DNA of 63,772 nucleotides, the filler included, from Folioceros fuciformis (lineage: Eukaryota): NCBI GenBank assembly GCA_049999805.1. It is 7 parts of 7 records of this genome, joined end to end, with 100 filler letters (N's around TTAATTAATTAA, not from the genome) between each part and the next. Parts side by side here need not be neighbours in the genome. Positions count along the whole stretch, not along the records: positions 1 to 5,809 come from JBNGIO010006096.1; positions 5,910 to 21,591 come from JBNGIO010006097.1; 5 more parts are not named here. One strand, written 5' to 3'. Position 1 is the stretch's first letter. Each line of letters opens with the position of its first letter. The position numbers were made by a program, and so were the translations under genes. The notes below the pieces were generated by a model. It did not search any database. It was not told where the DNA came from and saw nothing but the letters and a program-made list of their open reading frames with translations. Positions 1 through 10,804 of this stretch are shown one piece after another.

Positions 1-2719
1 TTTCTCCCACCAGAAATCTGTGTACCTCCTTATTCACCTCAATGCTTGCCACTGCTGGCTTCTTGTTAGCTCCTGCTGCCCTTCTCTGTGTTTCAATCCT
101 GTCTACATCGGTCCACCTACCTGCATCTGCATACGCATTCGCCATGAGAACATAGGCAGGTGCCTTCTGGGGGTCTAGCCTAACAATGCTTTCAAAACAC
201 CACACAGCCCTCTCTAGGTCTCCGTGACTTTTGCAGGCATTCAACAAAGATGTCAAACACACTACATCACTTTGGCCCTCACATGATAATAGCATCCTCT
301 CTGCCTCATCTAATTGGCCAGCACGCCCAAGAAGGTCAATCATGCAGTTCTGATGCTCAACAGTAGGTATGACACCATGCTCTTCAGCCATGGAATCAAA
401 GAGCTTGCGACCCTCCTGGACTAGACCGCCATGACTGCATGCTACTAGAAGGCAAGTAAAAGTAGCATCGTCAGGCTGAACACCGACAGCTAACATCTCC
501 TCAAAACAAGCTAGCGCCTTGCGACCTTCATCACAAGCACCATACCCAGCAATCAGGGCTGTCCATGTAACCACATTCTTTGTGTTCATGGTGTCAAAAA
601 CATGGCGTGCATCTTCCACCTCGCCACATTTTGCATACATGTCCACCAGGCAGTTTCCCACCACTATATTATCCAGCAGTTCTCTTTTGACAATCTGTGA
701 GTGAAGCTCCCTGCCCTTCTGCAAGGCACCAGTGCTTGCACACGCCTTCAGAAGGCAGGCAAAAGTAACCCGGTCAGCCACCACGAGGCCCGCCTCCTGC
801 ATTTGGCCATACACAACAAGTGCCTCTTGGCCGAGTCCTTGCTGTGCATACCCAGCAATCAGGGCATTCCATGTCACCACATCTTTAGTGGCCATGCTGT
901 CAAAAACCTGGCGTGCATCTTCGACCTCACCACATTTTGCATACATGTCCACCAGGCAGTTTCCCACCACTAAATCATCAAACAGTTCTCTTTTGACAAT
1001 CTGTGAGTGAAGCTCCCTGCCCTTCTGCAAGGCACCAGTGCTTCCACACGCCTTCAGAAGGCAAGCAAAAGTAACACAATCAGCCAAAACAAGGCCTGTC
1101 TCCTGCATCTGTCTATACACAACCAGCGCCTCTTGGCCGAGTCCTTGCTGTGCATACCCAGCGATTAGCGCATTCCATGTCACCACATCTTTACTGGCCA
1201 TGCCGTCAAAAACCTGGCGTGCATCTTCCAGCTCACCACATTTTCCATACATGTCCACCAAGGAGTTTCCCACTACTATATTATCCAGCAGTTCTCTCTT
1301 CACAATCTGTGAGTGAAGCTCCCTGCCCTTCTGCAAGGCACCAGTGCTTGCACACGCCTTCAGAAGGCAGGCAAAAGTAACCCGGTCAGCCACCACGAGC
1401 CCCGCCTCCTCCATTTGCCCATACACAACATGTGCCTCTTGGCCAAGTCCTTGCTGTGCATACCCAGCGATCAAGGCATTCCATGTCACCACATCCTTCG
1501 TGTTCATGCTATCAAAAACCTGGCGTGCATCTTTCATTCGGCCGCATTTTGCATACATGTCCACCAAGCAGTTGTTAACAAACAAGTCAGTACGGAAGCC
1601 ACTGCGCAACACGTCGCGGTGCACTGTTCTGCCAGATTCTAAGTCGGCAGCAAATGCACAAGCTTGAAGGGCGGCTACAAAGACGTAACCATTCGCCTTC
1701 ACTTCTGACCTACGCATTTCATGGTACAGTTGTATGGCCTCCTTCGCCTTCCCGTGCTTAGCATGTGCAGAGATTATGGAAACCCACATGAAGACATTCG
1801 GTTTCCCTACCCTGTTGAACACATCCATCGCCTCCTTTAGCCTACCTCCACATGCATACATGCGCAAGATATGGTTCCCCAAATATGCATTCGACTCGTA
1901 CCCAAGTTTGACTGTGAGATCATGAACTCGTCGCCCCACCACCAAATCCTTCTTAGCTGTACAGAGCTTTAACACTGTGTAAAACAGAGAATGAGAAACG
2001 CCAGAGTCTGACTGCACCAGAGATTCCAGGGCTCCAACGGCCTCAGAAAGCTTCCCCTGATCACATAACATGCTCACGGTTGCACCAGTTACGACGCCCG
2101 TTTCCAATTCTGCACGCCTGCCAGATCCACGCTTATACACAGAGCTGCACTCCAAAGAAGAGACTTCATGGCCCATTGGATGTGGAAGTGCTGGGTTTCT
2201 TACACTGCTGCTCCTGGAGCCCATTTCACCATCTGTACGCCTTCCAGGTTCAGGATAATCTGGAGAGCTCAAGTTGGAGGCAGGGGACCGGAGACGCATC
2301 TGCATATCCAACGAGACGAGCTGCTCATCAACCCAAGCTGGCTTAAACCTGTTGTCCAACCACAGCACCTCGCCGGACCCCTTACGCCGGAAGTCAGGGG
2401 AACGGGAGCTCTTCTTATCTCGTCTGTTATCCCACCACATGGTAGGGTCCAGAAAAAGTTGTTGCCACAACTGCTCCTGCTGCTCCTGCTGCTCCTGGCA
2501 ACTACCAGCATCGTCGGAAAACCCGTCCCTGCCCACACACGTTCTCGTTCTCGGAGGTGGAAGTGCTGGGCTCCTCACACTGCTGCACCTGGAGCCTTTG
2601 TTTGCAAAGAGTTCACTCCCGAAGCTGAGGTGAGCGGGGGTTCCTGGTAGAGTCCTTGTACACACACCAATTCCAATTTGTTGGGTCCACAACAGGTCCG
2701 GTTGCCATACTGTGGCCAT
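1..2719 (-). CDS. PLS-class PPR RNA-editing factor (PDF motif-PLS array-E1-E2-DYW:KP), copy 1; 3' end runs off the window start
   Basis: Manual minus-strand translation is open from ATG at 2719 (MATVWQPDLLW...) in frame with MRRSEVK at 1717. It reads S/R/P-rich leader, PDF motif, then L-S-P-L-S-(P-L-S)x3-P2-L2-S2-E1-E2 and the start of KPAVASIEV. Combined with copy 2 this gives an intronless ORF of about 1019 aa. Confidence 0.92.
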   Translation of the reverse strand, partial: MATVWQPDLLWTQQIGIGVCTRTLPGTPAHLSFGSELFANKGSRCSSVRSPALPPPRTRTCVGRDGFSDDAGSCQEQQEQQEQLWQQLFLDPTMWWDNRRDKKSSRSPDFRRKGSGEVLWLDNRFKPAWVDEQLVSLDMQMRLRSPASNLSSPDYPEPGRRTDGEMGSRSSSVRNPALPHPMGHEVSSLECSSVYKRGSGRRAELETGVVTGATVSMLCDQGKLSEAVGALESLVQSDSGVSHSLFYTVLKLCTAKKDLVVGRRVHDLTVKLGYESNAYLGNHILRMYACGGRLKEAMDVFNRVGKPNVFMWVSIISAHAKHGKAKEAIQLYHEMRRSEVKANGYVFVAALQACAFAADLESGRTVHRDVLRSGFRTDLFVNNCLVDMYAKCGRMKDARQVFDSMNTKDVVTWNALIAGYAQQGLGQEAHVVYGQMEEAGLVVADRVTFACLLKACASTGALQKGRELHSQIVKRELLDNIVVGNSLVDMYGKCGELEDARQVFDGMASKDVVTWNALIAGYAQQGLGQEALVVYRQMQETGLVLADCVTFACLLKACGSTGALQKGRELHSQIVKRELFDDLVVGNCLVDMYAKCGEVEDARQVFDSMATKDVVTWNALIAGYAQQGLGQEALVVYGQMQEAGLVVADRVTFACLLKACASTGALQKGRELHSQIVKRELLDNIVVGNCLVDMYAKCGEVEDARHVFDTMNTKNVVTWTALIAGYGACDEGRKALACFEEMLAVGVQPDDATFTCLLVACSHGGLVQEGRKLFDSMAEEHGVIPTVEHQNCMIDLLGRAGQLDEAERMLLSCEGQSDVVCLTSLLNACKSHGDLERAVWCFESIVRLDPQKAPAYVLMANAYADAGRWTDVDRIETQRRAAGANKKPAVASIEVNKEVHRFLVGE
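2318..2470 (-). other. OSB-type PDF motif within the N-terminal extension of the PPR protein
   Basis: Translates to LWQQLFLDPTMWWDNRRDKKSSRSPDFRRKGSGEVLWLDNRFKPAWVDEQL. This matches the W-x4-P-x2-WWDNR-x2-K-x4-PDF-x2-K-x2-GE-x-LW...P-x-WV pattern of the PDF repeat in plant organellar ssDNA-binding (OSB) proteins. Confidence 0.88.
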
Positions 2720-2839
2720 CGTTCACGGACCGCTGTCGGAAGATGACTCTAACGGAAGTCTCGTCTAGGCAGATCCCCGGCCGGGTACACTGCACATCCG
2801 TATATATGACCACAGCAGCCTGAAGGGGTGAACCGTGAC

Positions 2840-2934
2840 CCGTCCTGCCTAAAGGGGTCAGCCGTCCTGCCTAAAGGGGTGAGCCGTCCTGCCTAAAGGG
2901 GTGAGCCATCCTGCCTAAAGGGGTGAGCCGTCCT
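2840..2934. repeat. 22-bp tandem repeat (CCGTCCTGCCTAAAGGGGTGAG, about 4.3 copies) in the putative PPR promoter
   Basis: Units start at 2840, 2862, 2884 and 2906. A TATA-like TATATA at about 2801-2806 lies between the array and the ATG. Confidence 0.9.
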
Positions 2935-3686
2935 AAAACACCTGTGCGCGAGCTGTCGGACTGGTGCTTCAGACCACTCGCCCATGTGACAGATATTTGG
3001 TAGTAACTTTATGTTTCAGTTTAGATATACAAAACAGTTCATTGCTTGTCACCCGCCAATAGAAAAACAAGATTTCATTTCAGGCTTGTCAACGTTAAGT
3101 GCATGCCAACCTACATACCCCAAGATATTTTAAACGAGCCATGGTATCACGGTCTCTGTTTCTCATCACGCAGTTCGGTCAGTTGGTCTCTTGAAGGCCG
3201 AAACGGCAACGCGGGCCTGGATGTGACAAGACGAGGAATTGCCGTTAAGTAAAAGTCTAGATATGTGCCTCGCACTGCCTGGATTCTAATTGGGGTTGCT
3301 AGTTTCACCTGCTTCCTGTGAATTGCCAAGCTCTTGTGCCTTGATACTCCTCGGCATACTGGCTACCGATGTGCTTTCACCTGCACTGTACAACATCATA
3401 TACATACGGCAGTATTGGTAAGGAGAAGGAGTTGACGAGACCTGCAAAGCACGTGTACAACGTGCTCATCATGAAGAGTGTGCAGGAGTGCAGGGAAAAC
3501 ATGCTAGGCTTGCTACAAAGTTGTGAAGTACCTGGTCCCACAGAGCGAAATGCCCTCAAGTGCACGATCATACAATTCTTCTTGTTTGTCTTCTTGTTAG
3601 GGGAACATTGGTACTTGCCAGCAACAAGAATCCGAACACCACTCGGGATCCGCCTGGCACTGGCTACATTCCCTTCTTCATTTTTC

Positions 3687-5809
3687 TTATGGTCGACCCT
3701 TACAACTGCAACAACCATTTGCGAATCGATGCACACGGTACCCATCCCTCACAACAATGTCTCTCTGCTCAAGCCTCGACATGATCGCCGTCGAGCTGTG
3801 GCAATCACTGCACATGCGTAGATTCTTCGTTACCATCAGAGGTGTCCCGTTCGGAGTATTCAACAGACCAAACGCCAGGGCTAGCTTCTCAGCATGCCCA
3901 CAGAGCACACCTTCCTTTTCCTTCTCACTCAGTGGCTTCAACACCAACTTTGTGTGAGGTACGTGGCCTCCTTCCTGCTTCACACGCGCATTCGTGCTCT
4001 CTACCTTAAGCGCAATATCCTTTCTCCTTTCTCCCACCAGAAATCTGTGTACCTCCTTATTCACCTCAATGCTTGCCACTGCTGGCTTCTTGTTAGCTCC
4101 TGCTGCCCTTCTCTGTGTTTCAATCCTGTCTACATCGGTCCACCTACCTGCATCTGCATACGCATTCGCCATGAGAACATAGGCAGGTGCCTTCTGGGGG
4201 TCTAGCCTAACAATGCTTTCAAAACACCACACAGCCCTCTCTAGGTCTCCGTGACTTTTGCAGGCATTCAACAAAGATGTCAAACACACTACATCACTTT
4301 GGCCCTCACATGATAATAGCATCCTCTCTGCCTCATCTAATTGGCCAGCACGCCCAAGAAGGTCAATCATGCAGTTCTGATGCTCAACAGTAGGTATGAC
4401 ACCATGCTCTTCAGCCATGGAATCAAAGAGCTTGCGACCCTCCTGGACTAGACCGCCATGACTGCATGCTACTAGAAGGCAAGTAAAAGTAGCATCGTCA
4501 GGCTGAACACCGACAGCTAACATCTCCTCAAAACAAGCTAGCGCCTTGCGACCTTCATCACAAGCACCATACCCAGCAATCAGGGCTGTCCATGTAACCA
4601 CATTCTTTGTGTTCATGGTGTCAAAAACATGGCGTGCATCTTCCACCTCGCCACATTTTGCATACATGTCCACCAGGCAGTTTCCCACCACTATATTATC
4701 CAGCAGTTCTCTTTTGACAATCTGTGAGTGAAGCTCCCTGCCCTTCTGCAAGGCACCAGTGCTTGCACACGCCTTCAGAAGGCAGGCAAAAGTAACCCGG
4801 TCAGCCACCACGAGGCCCGCCTCCTGCATTTGGCCATACACAACAAGTGCCTCTTGGCCGAGTCCTTGCTGTGCATACCCAGCAATCAGGGCATTCCATG
4901 TCACCACATCTTTAGTGGCCATGCTGTCAAAAACCTGGCGTGCATCTTCGACCTCACCACATTTTGCATACATGTCCACCAGGCAGTTTCCCACCACTAA
5001 ATCATCAAACAGTTCTCTTTTGACAATCTGTGAGTGAAGCTCCCTGCCCTTCTGCAAGGCACCAGTGCTTCCACACGCCTTCAGAAGGCAAGCAAAAGTA
5101 ACACAATCAGCCAAAACAAGGCCTGTCTCCTGCATCTGTCTATACACAACCAGCGCCTCTTGGCCGAGTCCTTGCTGTGCATACCCAGCGATTAGCGCAT
5201 TCCATGTCACCACATCTTTACTGGCCATGCCGTCAAAAACCTGGCGTGCATCTTCCAGCTCACCACATTTTCCATACATGTCCACCAAGGAGTTTCCCAC
5301 TACTATATTATCCAGCAGTTCTCTCTTCACAATCTGTGAGTGAAGCTCCCTGCCCTTCTGCAAGGCACCAGTGCTTGCACACGCCTTCAGAAGGCAGGCA
5401 AAAGTAACCCGGTCAGCCACCACGAGCCCCGCCTCCTCCATTTGCCCATACACAACATGTGCCTCTTGGCCAAGTCCTTGCTGTGCATACCCAGCGATCA
5501 AGGCATTCCATGTCACCACATCCTTCGTGTTCATGCTATCAAAAACCTGGCGTGCATCTTTCATTCGGCCGCATTTTGCATACATGTCCACCAAGCAGTT
5601 GTTAACAAACAAGTCAGTACGGAAGCCACTGCGCAACACGTCGCGGTGCACTGTTCTGCCAGATTCTAAGTCGGCAGCAAATGCACAAGCTTGAAGGGCG
5701 GCTACAAAGACGTAACCATTCGCCTTCACTTCTGACCTACGCATTTCATGGTACAGTTGTATGGCCTCCTTCGCCTTCCCGTGCTTAGCATGTGCAGAGA
5801 TTATGGAAA
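3687..5809 (-). CDS. PLS-class PPR-E1-E2-DYW:KP (GRP-type) protein, copy 2; 5' end truncated by scaffold end
   Basis: 685-aa ORF, extending upstream to the gap, with P/L/S triplets and E1/E2. The deaminase-like domain at 3687-4088 reads KPAVASIEV...HAEKLALAFGLL...KNLRMCSDCH...CSCKGRP. Confidence 0.96.
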
Positions 5810-5909
5810 NNNNNNNNNNNNNNNNNNNNNNNNNNNNNNNNNNNNNNNNNNNNTTAATTAATTAANNNNNNNNNNNNNNNNNNNNNNNNNNNNNNNNNNN
5901 NNNNNNNNN
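5810..5909. other. Artificial scaffold linker
   Basis: N-run + TTAATTAATTAA (stops in all six frames) + N-run. Confidence 0.97.
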
Positions 5910-6122
5910 GACGATGAAATCCAAGGGGGCAATTCAGTGAAACCAGCTTTTTAGAATATGTTGGAGTGAGGACTGGGAGCGAGTATTTCTGATCAGGACT
6001 GTCCTCAGGAAGCTCTTGGGTCAGGTTGAAATGCTTACTGATTTAGGGTTTAGGGTTTTAGGGCTGCCAGCGTGACTGCAGGCAACAAAGTCAGTGTTTT
6101 GTGGGACAGGGTTGGTAGAGTC

Positions 6123-6214
6123 CAGTTCCATCAATGCTAAGAGAAGGGACAGTTCCATCAATGCTGAGAGAAGGGACAGTTCCATCAATGCTGAGAGAAG
6201 GGACAGTTCCATCA
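6123..6214. repeat. 27-bp tandem repeat (about 3.4 copies)
   Basis: CAGTTCCATCAATGCTGAGAGAAGGGA units at 6123, 6150, 6177 and 6204. Confidence 0.9.
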
Positions 6215-6857
6215 GCGCTAGTGGAAACACCTCCAAAATACTGTACGTGAAAAAACGTTCTTGTTGGGGCCCGGGACCCACGAGGAGTGAGGCCAACGTG
6301 CCTAATATGCAGAATTGGAGTGAATCACATCCTACTACGGGTCGACTTCAAGGGTGTTTGGATGGACTTCAAGGGTTTTTGGATGGACTTCAAGGGTATT
6401 CACATGTACAAATCCTGAAAGGATGCAATCTCGGCCTCAGAGCGTTACTTGTGGAGTTCTTACTTTTAATAATTGGTTGCATGCACCGGTCCGGGTATAC
6501 AACTCGATGACGCTACTTGGTACCAAGGTGGGGTTCGATGCTTTGAGTGTTCGTAGATCGCCCCGGCTCTGCCCGGGAACGCTGGGCTCCCAAATAGGAG
6601 GTATGGATATGATATTACTGCTTCGTAGAGTAAAGCACATGGAAAAGCGTGTTTGGCATCCTTAGATTGGGCCACTGTTTGTCAATTGTACTTCAAACTC
6701 ATGTCCCTTTCTTTCACAAGGGACTCACGTTTTGGACGGAGTCCACAAAATCATTTGGAAGGCAAAAAACAAGGACGTCTCACTCCAAGGCAAAAAACAA
6801 GGACGTCTCACTCCAATTTGATGTCACCATTGATAGTTGTGGAACGAAATAGGTTGA

Positions 6858-6967
6858 AGCTTGACTTTGAAATAAGCTCAAAGACTCTAAGCTTAGCTTG
6901 ACTTTGAAATAAGCTCAAAGACTCTAAGCTTAGCTTGACTTTGAAATAAGCTCAAAGACTCTAAGCT
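6858..6967. repeat. 37-bp tandem repeat (3 copies)
   Basis: AGCTTGACTTTGAAATAAGCTCAAAGACTCTAAGCTT units at 6858, 6895 and 6932. Confidence 0.9.
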
Positions 6968-9900
6968 CTGCACTAGAGCTAGCATCCTATGTCAAGGTGT
7001 GGGTTCGGTAGATCAGAATGGTTCTCAGCTATCAATTGATATTGATTCGGCTAGTACAACTAGTCCCTTCCCATTGCTGAATCTCGATTTTGGTAATGAG
7101 CTCGGTCCTTACCCATGGACTAATATCGACCAAAATGGTGAGGTGGATGACAATGTTCTAGTGCAAAATGCTATCGACACGAAAACTGCTTTTAGTGGAG
7201 AGCTTAATGTCCACAAAAAATTGGTTGGGTTTCTTGAAAAAGACGAATATGAAATATAGGCAAGCCCAAAGCATTTCAAGTACCAGCTGCAAAATTTCTG
7301 TCAGATTTGGTTGTCACCTCACCATAATTCCTACTTCAATCTATGACCACACAGATTGGAGAACTCATAGAAACTAATTTACCCAACATCTTAGAGAAAT
7401 TAAAAGTTGAAGCAAACTCTTTGTTGGGACCAGCTATGTGTGAAACAAGAAGCTTATGTGAATAAATGCTTTCTACTCCAAATCCCGAGACATCTTCCAA
7501 TGTAGCAAAGAAACAATGCATAACATTGTTTGAAGATATGACCAGCTTTATAACCTCATTGGTTCCTACACAAAGTACACTTACCAACGGAAAGCCACCA
7601 TCTAACAAACAAATTCTTGGATATGGTAACTTCGGGGTTATGAATGTGGAATTGAAAGACAACAACTATTACACGGATAATTGATAATTGTCATTCTCCA
7701 TATTCCAGATATAGAATTGAGTTGTGTCATAGTGTGGACTTAGTTAGACCTTATACCATTACCTTGGAATCTTCAAGTCCAAGTTCAAGTAAGATAACCA
7801 TTCTGGCTATGTGTGATGGAGATACTTCAAATTGGAACCCTCATCATCTTGCTTTCAAAATATTAGGATCGCATCAAGAGAAGAAGCAATTTGTCATTGG
7901 GTAGAGCCTAATGACATTCAACTTGTCCTTTTTGTTGACTTCAAATAGATTATGTTTCGTTTCTATTGTGTTGTAGTAAAGTTATAAAATAGGCTATCTA
8001 ACTTCAACTAAAGGATCTTATAAAAATTTGCTCAAGATCATGTATTAATATTACAAAAAAGGTGAAAAACATCATCCACCTCAAAAAGGAATAGGAACAA
8101 CAAGCAAAGGGCCAAATGAAAGCTAGTGCCCATATGTGTTGATTGAAGATAAATTTATATATTTTATTTTTTTAATATAATATTATTATATTTACTTTAA
8201 CTAATGGGTGTGATAAATTTGAGGGGTGCAAAATAGCTCTTATGCGACGCAGGATGCTCTTCTCAACTTTGCCAATTGCCCTTAGCTAGTATGCGCATTG
8301 AGAATCAGATTTATATGCTCGGAATTGGGGATACGCCCTTGGCTACTCTAGACCTTTCCTTTTCTTTCATTTCCTTTTTAATATTTGAATGAAAATATTC
8401 CCTGGACATAATTTCCTTGATAGTATGTGGATTGAGAACAAGATTTATATGTGCATGGCATACTTAGACATACGCCCTATTTCCTTAGTGGTGTCTTTCT
8501 TTCGTCAACATGTATCCATTGCTTTGTAAAGAGCATTGGCTACTACGGTTTTTTTAGAGCGTTGGTTAACATGGTTTTTCAAAATAGCAATAGGAGTTTC
8601 TTCGGCACACTCATGGCAGGTAGGTCTTTTATTATTCCACATCATGACATTTTGGAAGAAGTAAGAAGCTAAGATGAAGAAGACATACATATTTTGAACC
8701 ACAAAGTTTACCCATAAGGGAAAAACATGGTAAGAAACCTTCAAATTTGAAAATACTATTAAAATAATTAAAAATATAATAAATTAAAATAATAAATATT
8801 AAATTTATCATATTTTTAAAGTTTTCAAGAAAGAAAAAGATAAGTCCTTCAATCTAGTGTATGCCTTGCCTCAAAAAACTCGTATCAACTTTTTGTATAA
8901 TTCTTATGCTTGTTTGTGGGGATCCTTCCCCTTTGACGCATAGCAAAAGAGGCCTAAAAATGCCTAGAAAAATGGTGACTTTTACGTGAGGAAAGATGAT
9001 TTTTCTTGCACAAACCCATTCTACCTAAATGTTTGTAGGAGTAACAACCCCTTCAATGGGGTGGGGCAGAACCACGTAGTTAAAAGCCAAAGCAAGGGTC
9101 AGTTTTAAACGCTGGACACAGCACTAGGTCTTCGAGTAGCCCACCCTCCTTATTCTAGGAGGACTCGCAGCCAGCACCCTTGCTGCTGCTCTTTATTCAA
9201 ATCACGAGTCAACAAGAACATACAGAGCTCGAGGGCTAGAGAGAACTCCCCATCTTTGCCTAAACTAGGAGTTTAGCTCTCTCTTCTCTTGGCCTCCTCC
9301 CACAGCTTCTTCAAAGCACCTTTCATGTGCTCTCACAGCCCAAGCAACGCATGCTCTCAAGGCATAGCCCAAGCACCCAGTGCTCTCAAGGCTTTGAGGA
9401 GATATTGATCTCAACTCCACTGTATTCAACTTGCCTTAGCCCTTGGCTAGGTCCCTTTTTATATACAAGCTCAAGTCACTAACTTAGCAACTACTTACTT
9501 AAGTACTTACTTAAGCCTTAAACGATTATTCACTACCACACACTTTTTCCTAGGGCTGCATGCTTCTCATGCTCTTAGTAACCTGCTCTGCTAAAACATG
9601 CCTCTACATGGAGCTTACTTGCTTGCCACTCAAACCAAAGTTGTTACTGTAGGTTTTGTTACTGTCTTCCGCTGAAATAGAGTTTGGAGTGCACTTGGAC
9701 TGCATTTAAGCACGTCATCCTCCACCCTAGCTTCTATTCACGAGACACACCAATTGTTCCATAAATGTGCTCAACTTGTGATTCCTCCACTCCTGGCTAA
9801 TCATTCTCGTTTGGTGAGATCTCGTCCGATGCCACAGTCTGCACTGCTGATGGTTCTAACGCAGTTGTTACTATATCGGTGAATCTGTCAACCTACGTTT

Positions 9901-10374
9901 CCTCCCCATCTAACACAAGGGCTTGTTACTCTCATTCCTCCTCCACTACCAAATCATCCTCTCTTATCTAAACACACTGTGAGATCTTGTCCCATTCAAC
10001 AGTTCGCACTACCTACTTTTACCTATGTCGGTGGACCTATTAATGCTCCCATCATCTCCACAGCGACGGAAGGGCGCTCACAAGCCTTACTGCCAACTCT
10101 TCTTTTGTCCATAGTACCGTAGGTGGAAGGCTCTCCAAGACATGGAGCTTCGCATAATTTCGTGAAAAAACACGCTGCCAGCGAGTGGAGGGATCAAAAA
10201 GCTAGTAACCTTTTAAGTCTTGACAGTAACCGACGAAGACGTGCCTTGTGGTCCTGGCATCGGACTCGATGGGATGTGACACTGCCTTGCTGGGAACATG
10301 ATCGCTCTGAGTCAGCGTTTCTCGCTGCGGACCGTGGCTTCAAACTCAGAGGCCCACAGTACTCGCCTTCTAGT

Positions 10375-10589
10375 GTAGTATCGAACATGTCTTAACCAAG
10401 CTCTAATACAGCCCCCTACCAAGAAGGTCGTGTAGAGCGGCAACTTGCAAGCTGTCCCTTGTCAAAATTGCCAGGCAACTTGCAATTCCACAGCAAATCA
10501 ATGCTCGATTGGGAAGAATCGCCCGAGGTCAGGCCGTACACATGGATGATCGCTTCTCTCCTTTCTGTACAGCACACATTCTCTTTTTG
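10375..10589. repeat. 215-bp dispersed repeat, copy 1 (copy 2 at 21377-21591)
   Basis: Direct comparison by eye gives about 10 substitutions in 215 nt and no indels. Confidence 0.9.
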
Positions 10590-10804
10590 TCGTGAAAGTT
10601 GCGGTTCAATCCATATACAGCACACATCCTTTCGGAAGAGAATCAGAGGCGGAATCAAAAGTAGACTCCAGCAATGATATACGGCCGATGTTGGGCTCCG
10701 CAAACTCATATCTACCCATGCCAGCTTGCGAGCATTGGCATTCAGGATTTCTCCCGACCTCAGGAAGCGTCAAAAGCTACCATAGCTAACCAGCCAACCG
10801 ACGA

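Noticed and set aside
519-5694. Many repeated plus-strand ORFs over the PPR gene
   Set aside because: They are antisense shadows of the repetitive PPR coding sequence.
6042-6063. Telomere-like TTTAGGG copies (also at about 57668-57681)
   Set aside because: Only 2-3 units; these are common interstitial telo-box-like motifs.
6123-6967. Short repeat arrays as possible CRISPR
   Set aside because: Head-to-tail units with no unique spacers, no cas genes, and a eukaryotic context.
6999-7904. Broken ORFs, possibly a DNA-transposon relic
   Set aside because: No recognisable motif, so they cannot be assigned.
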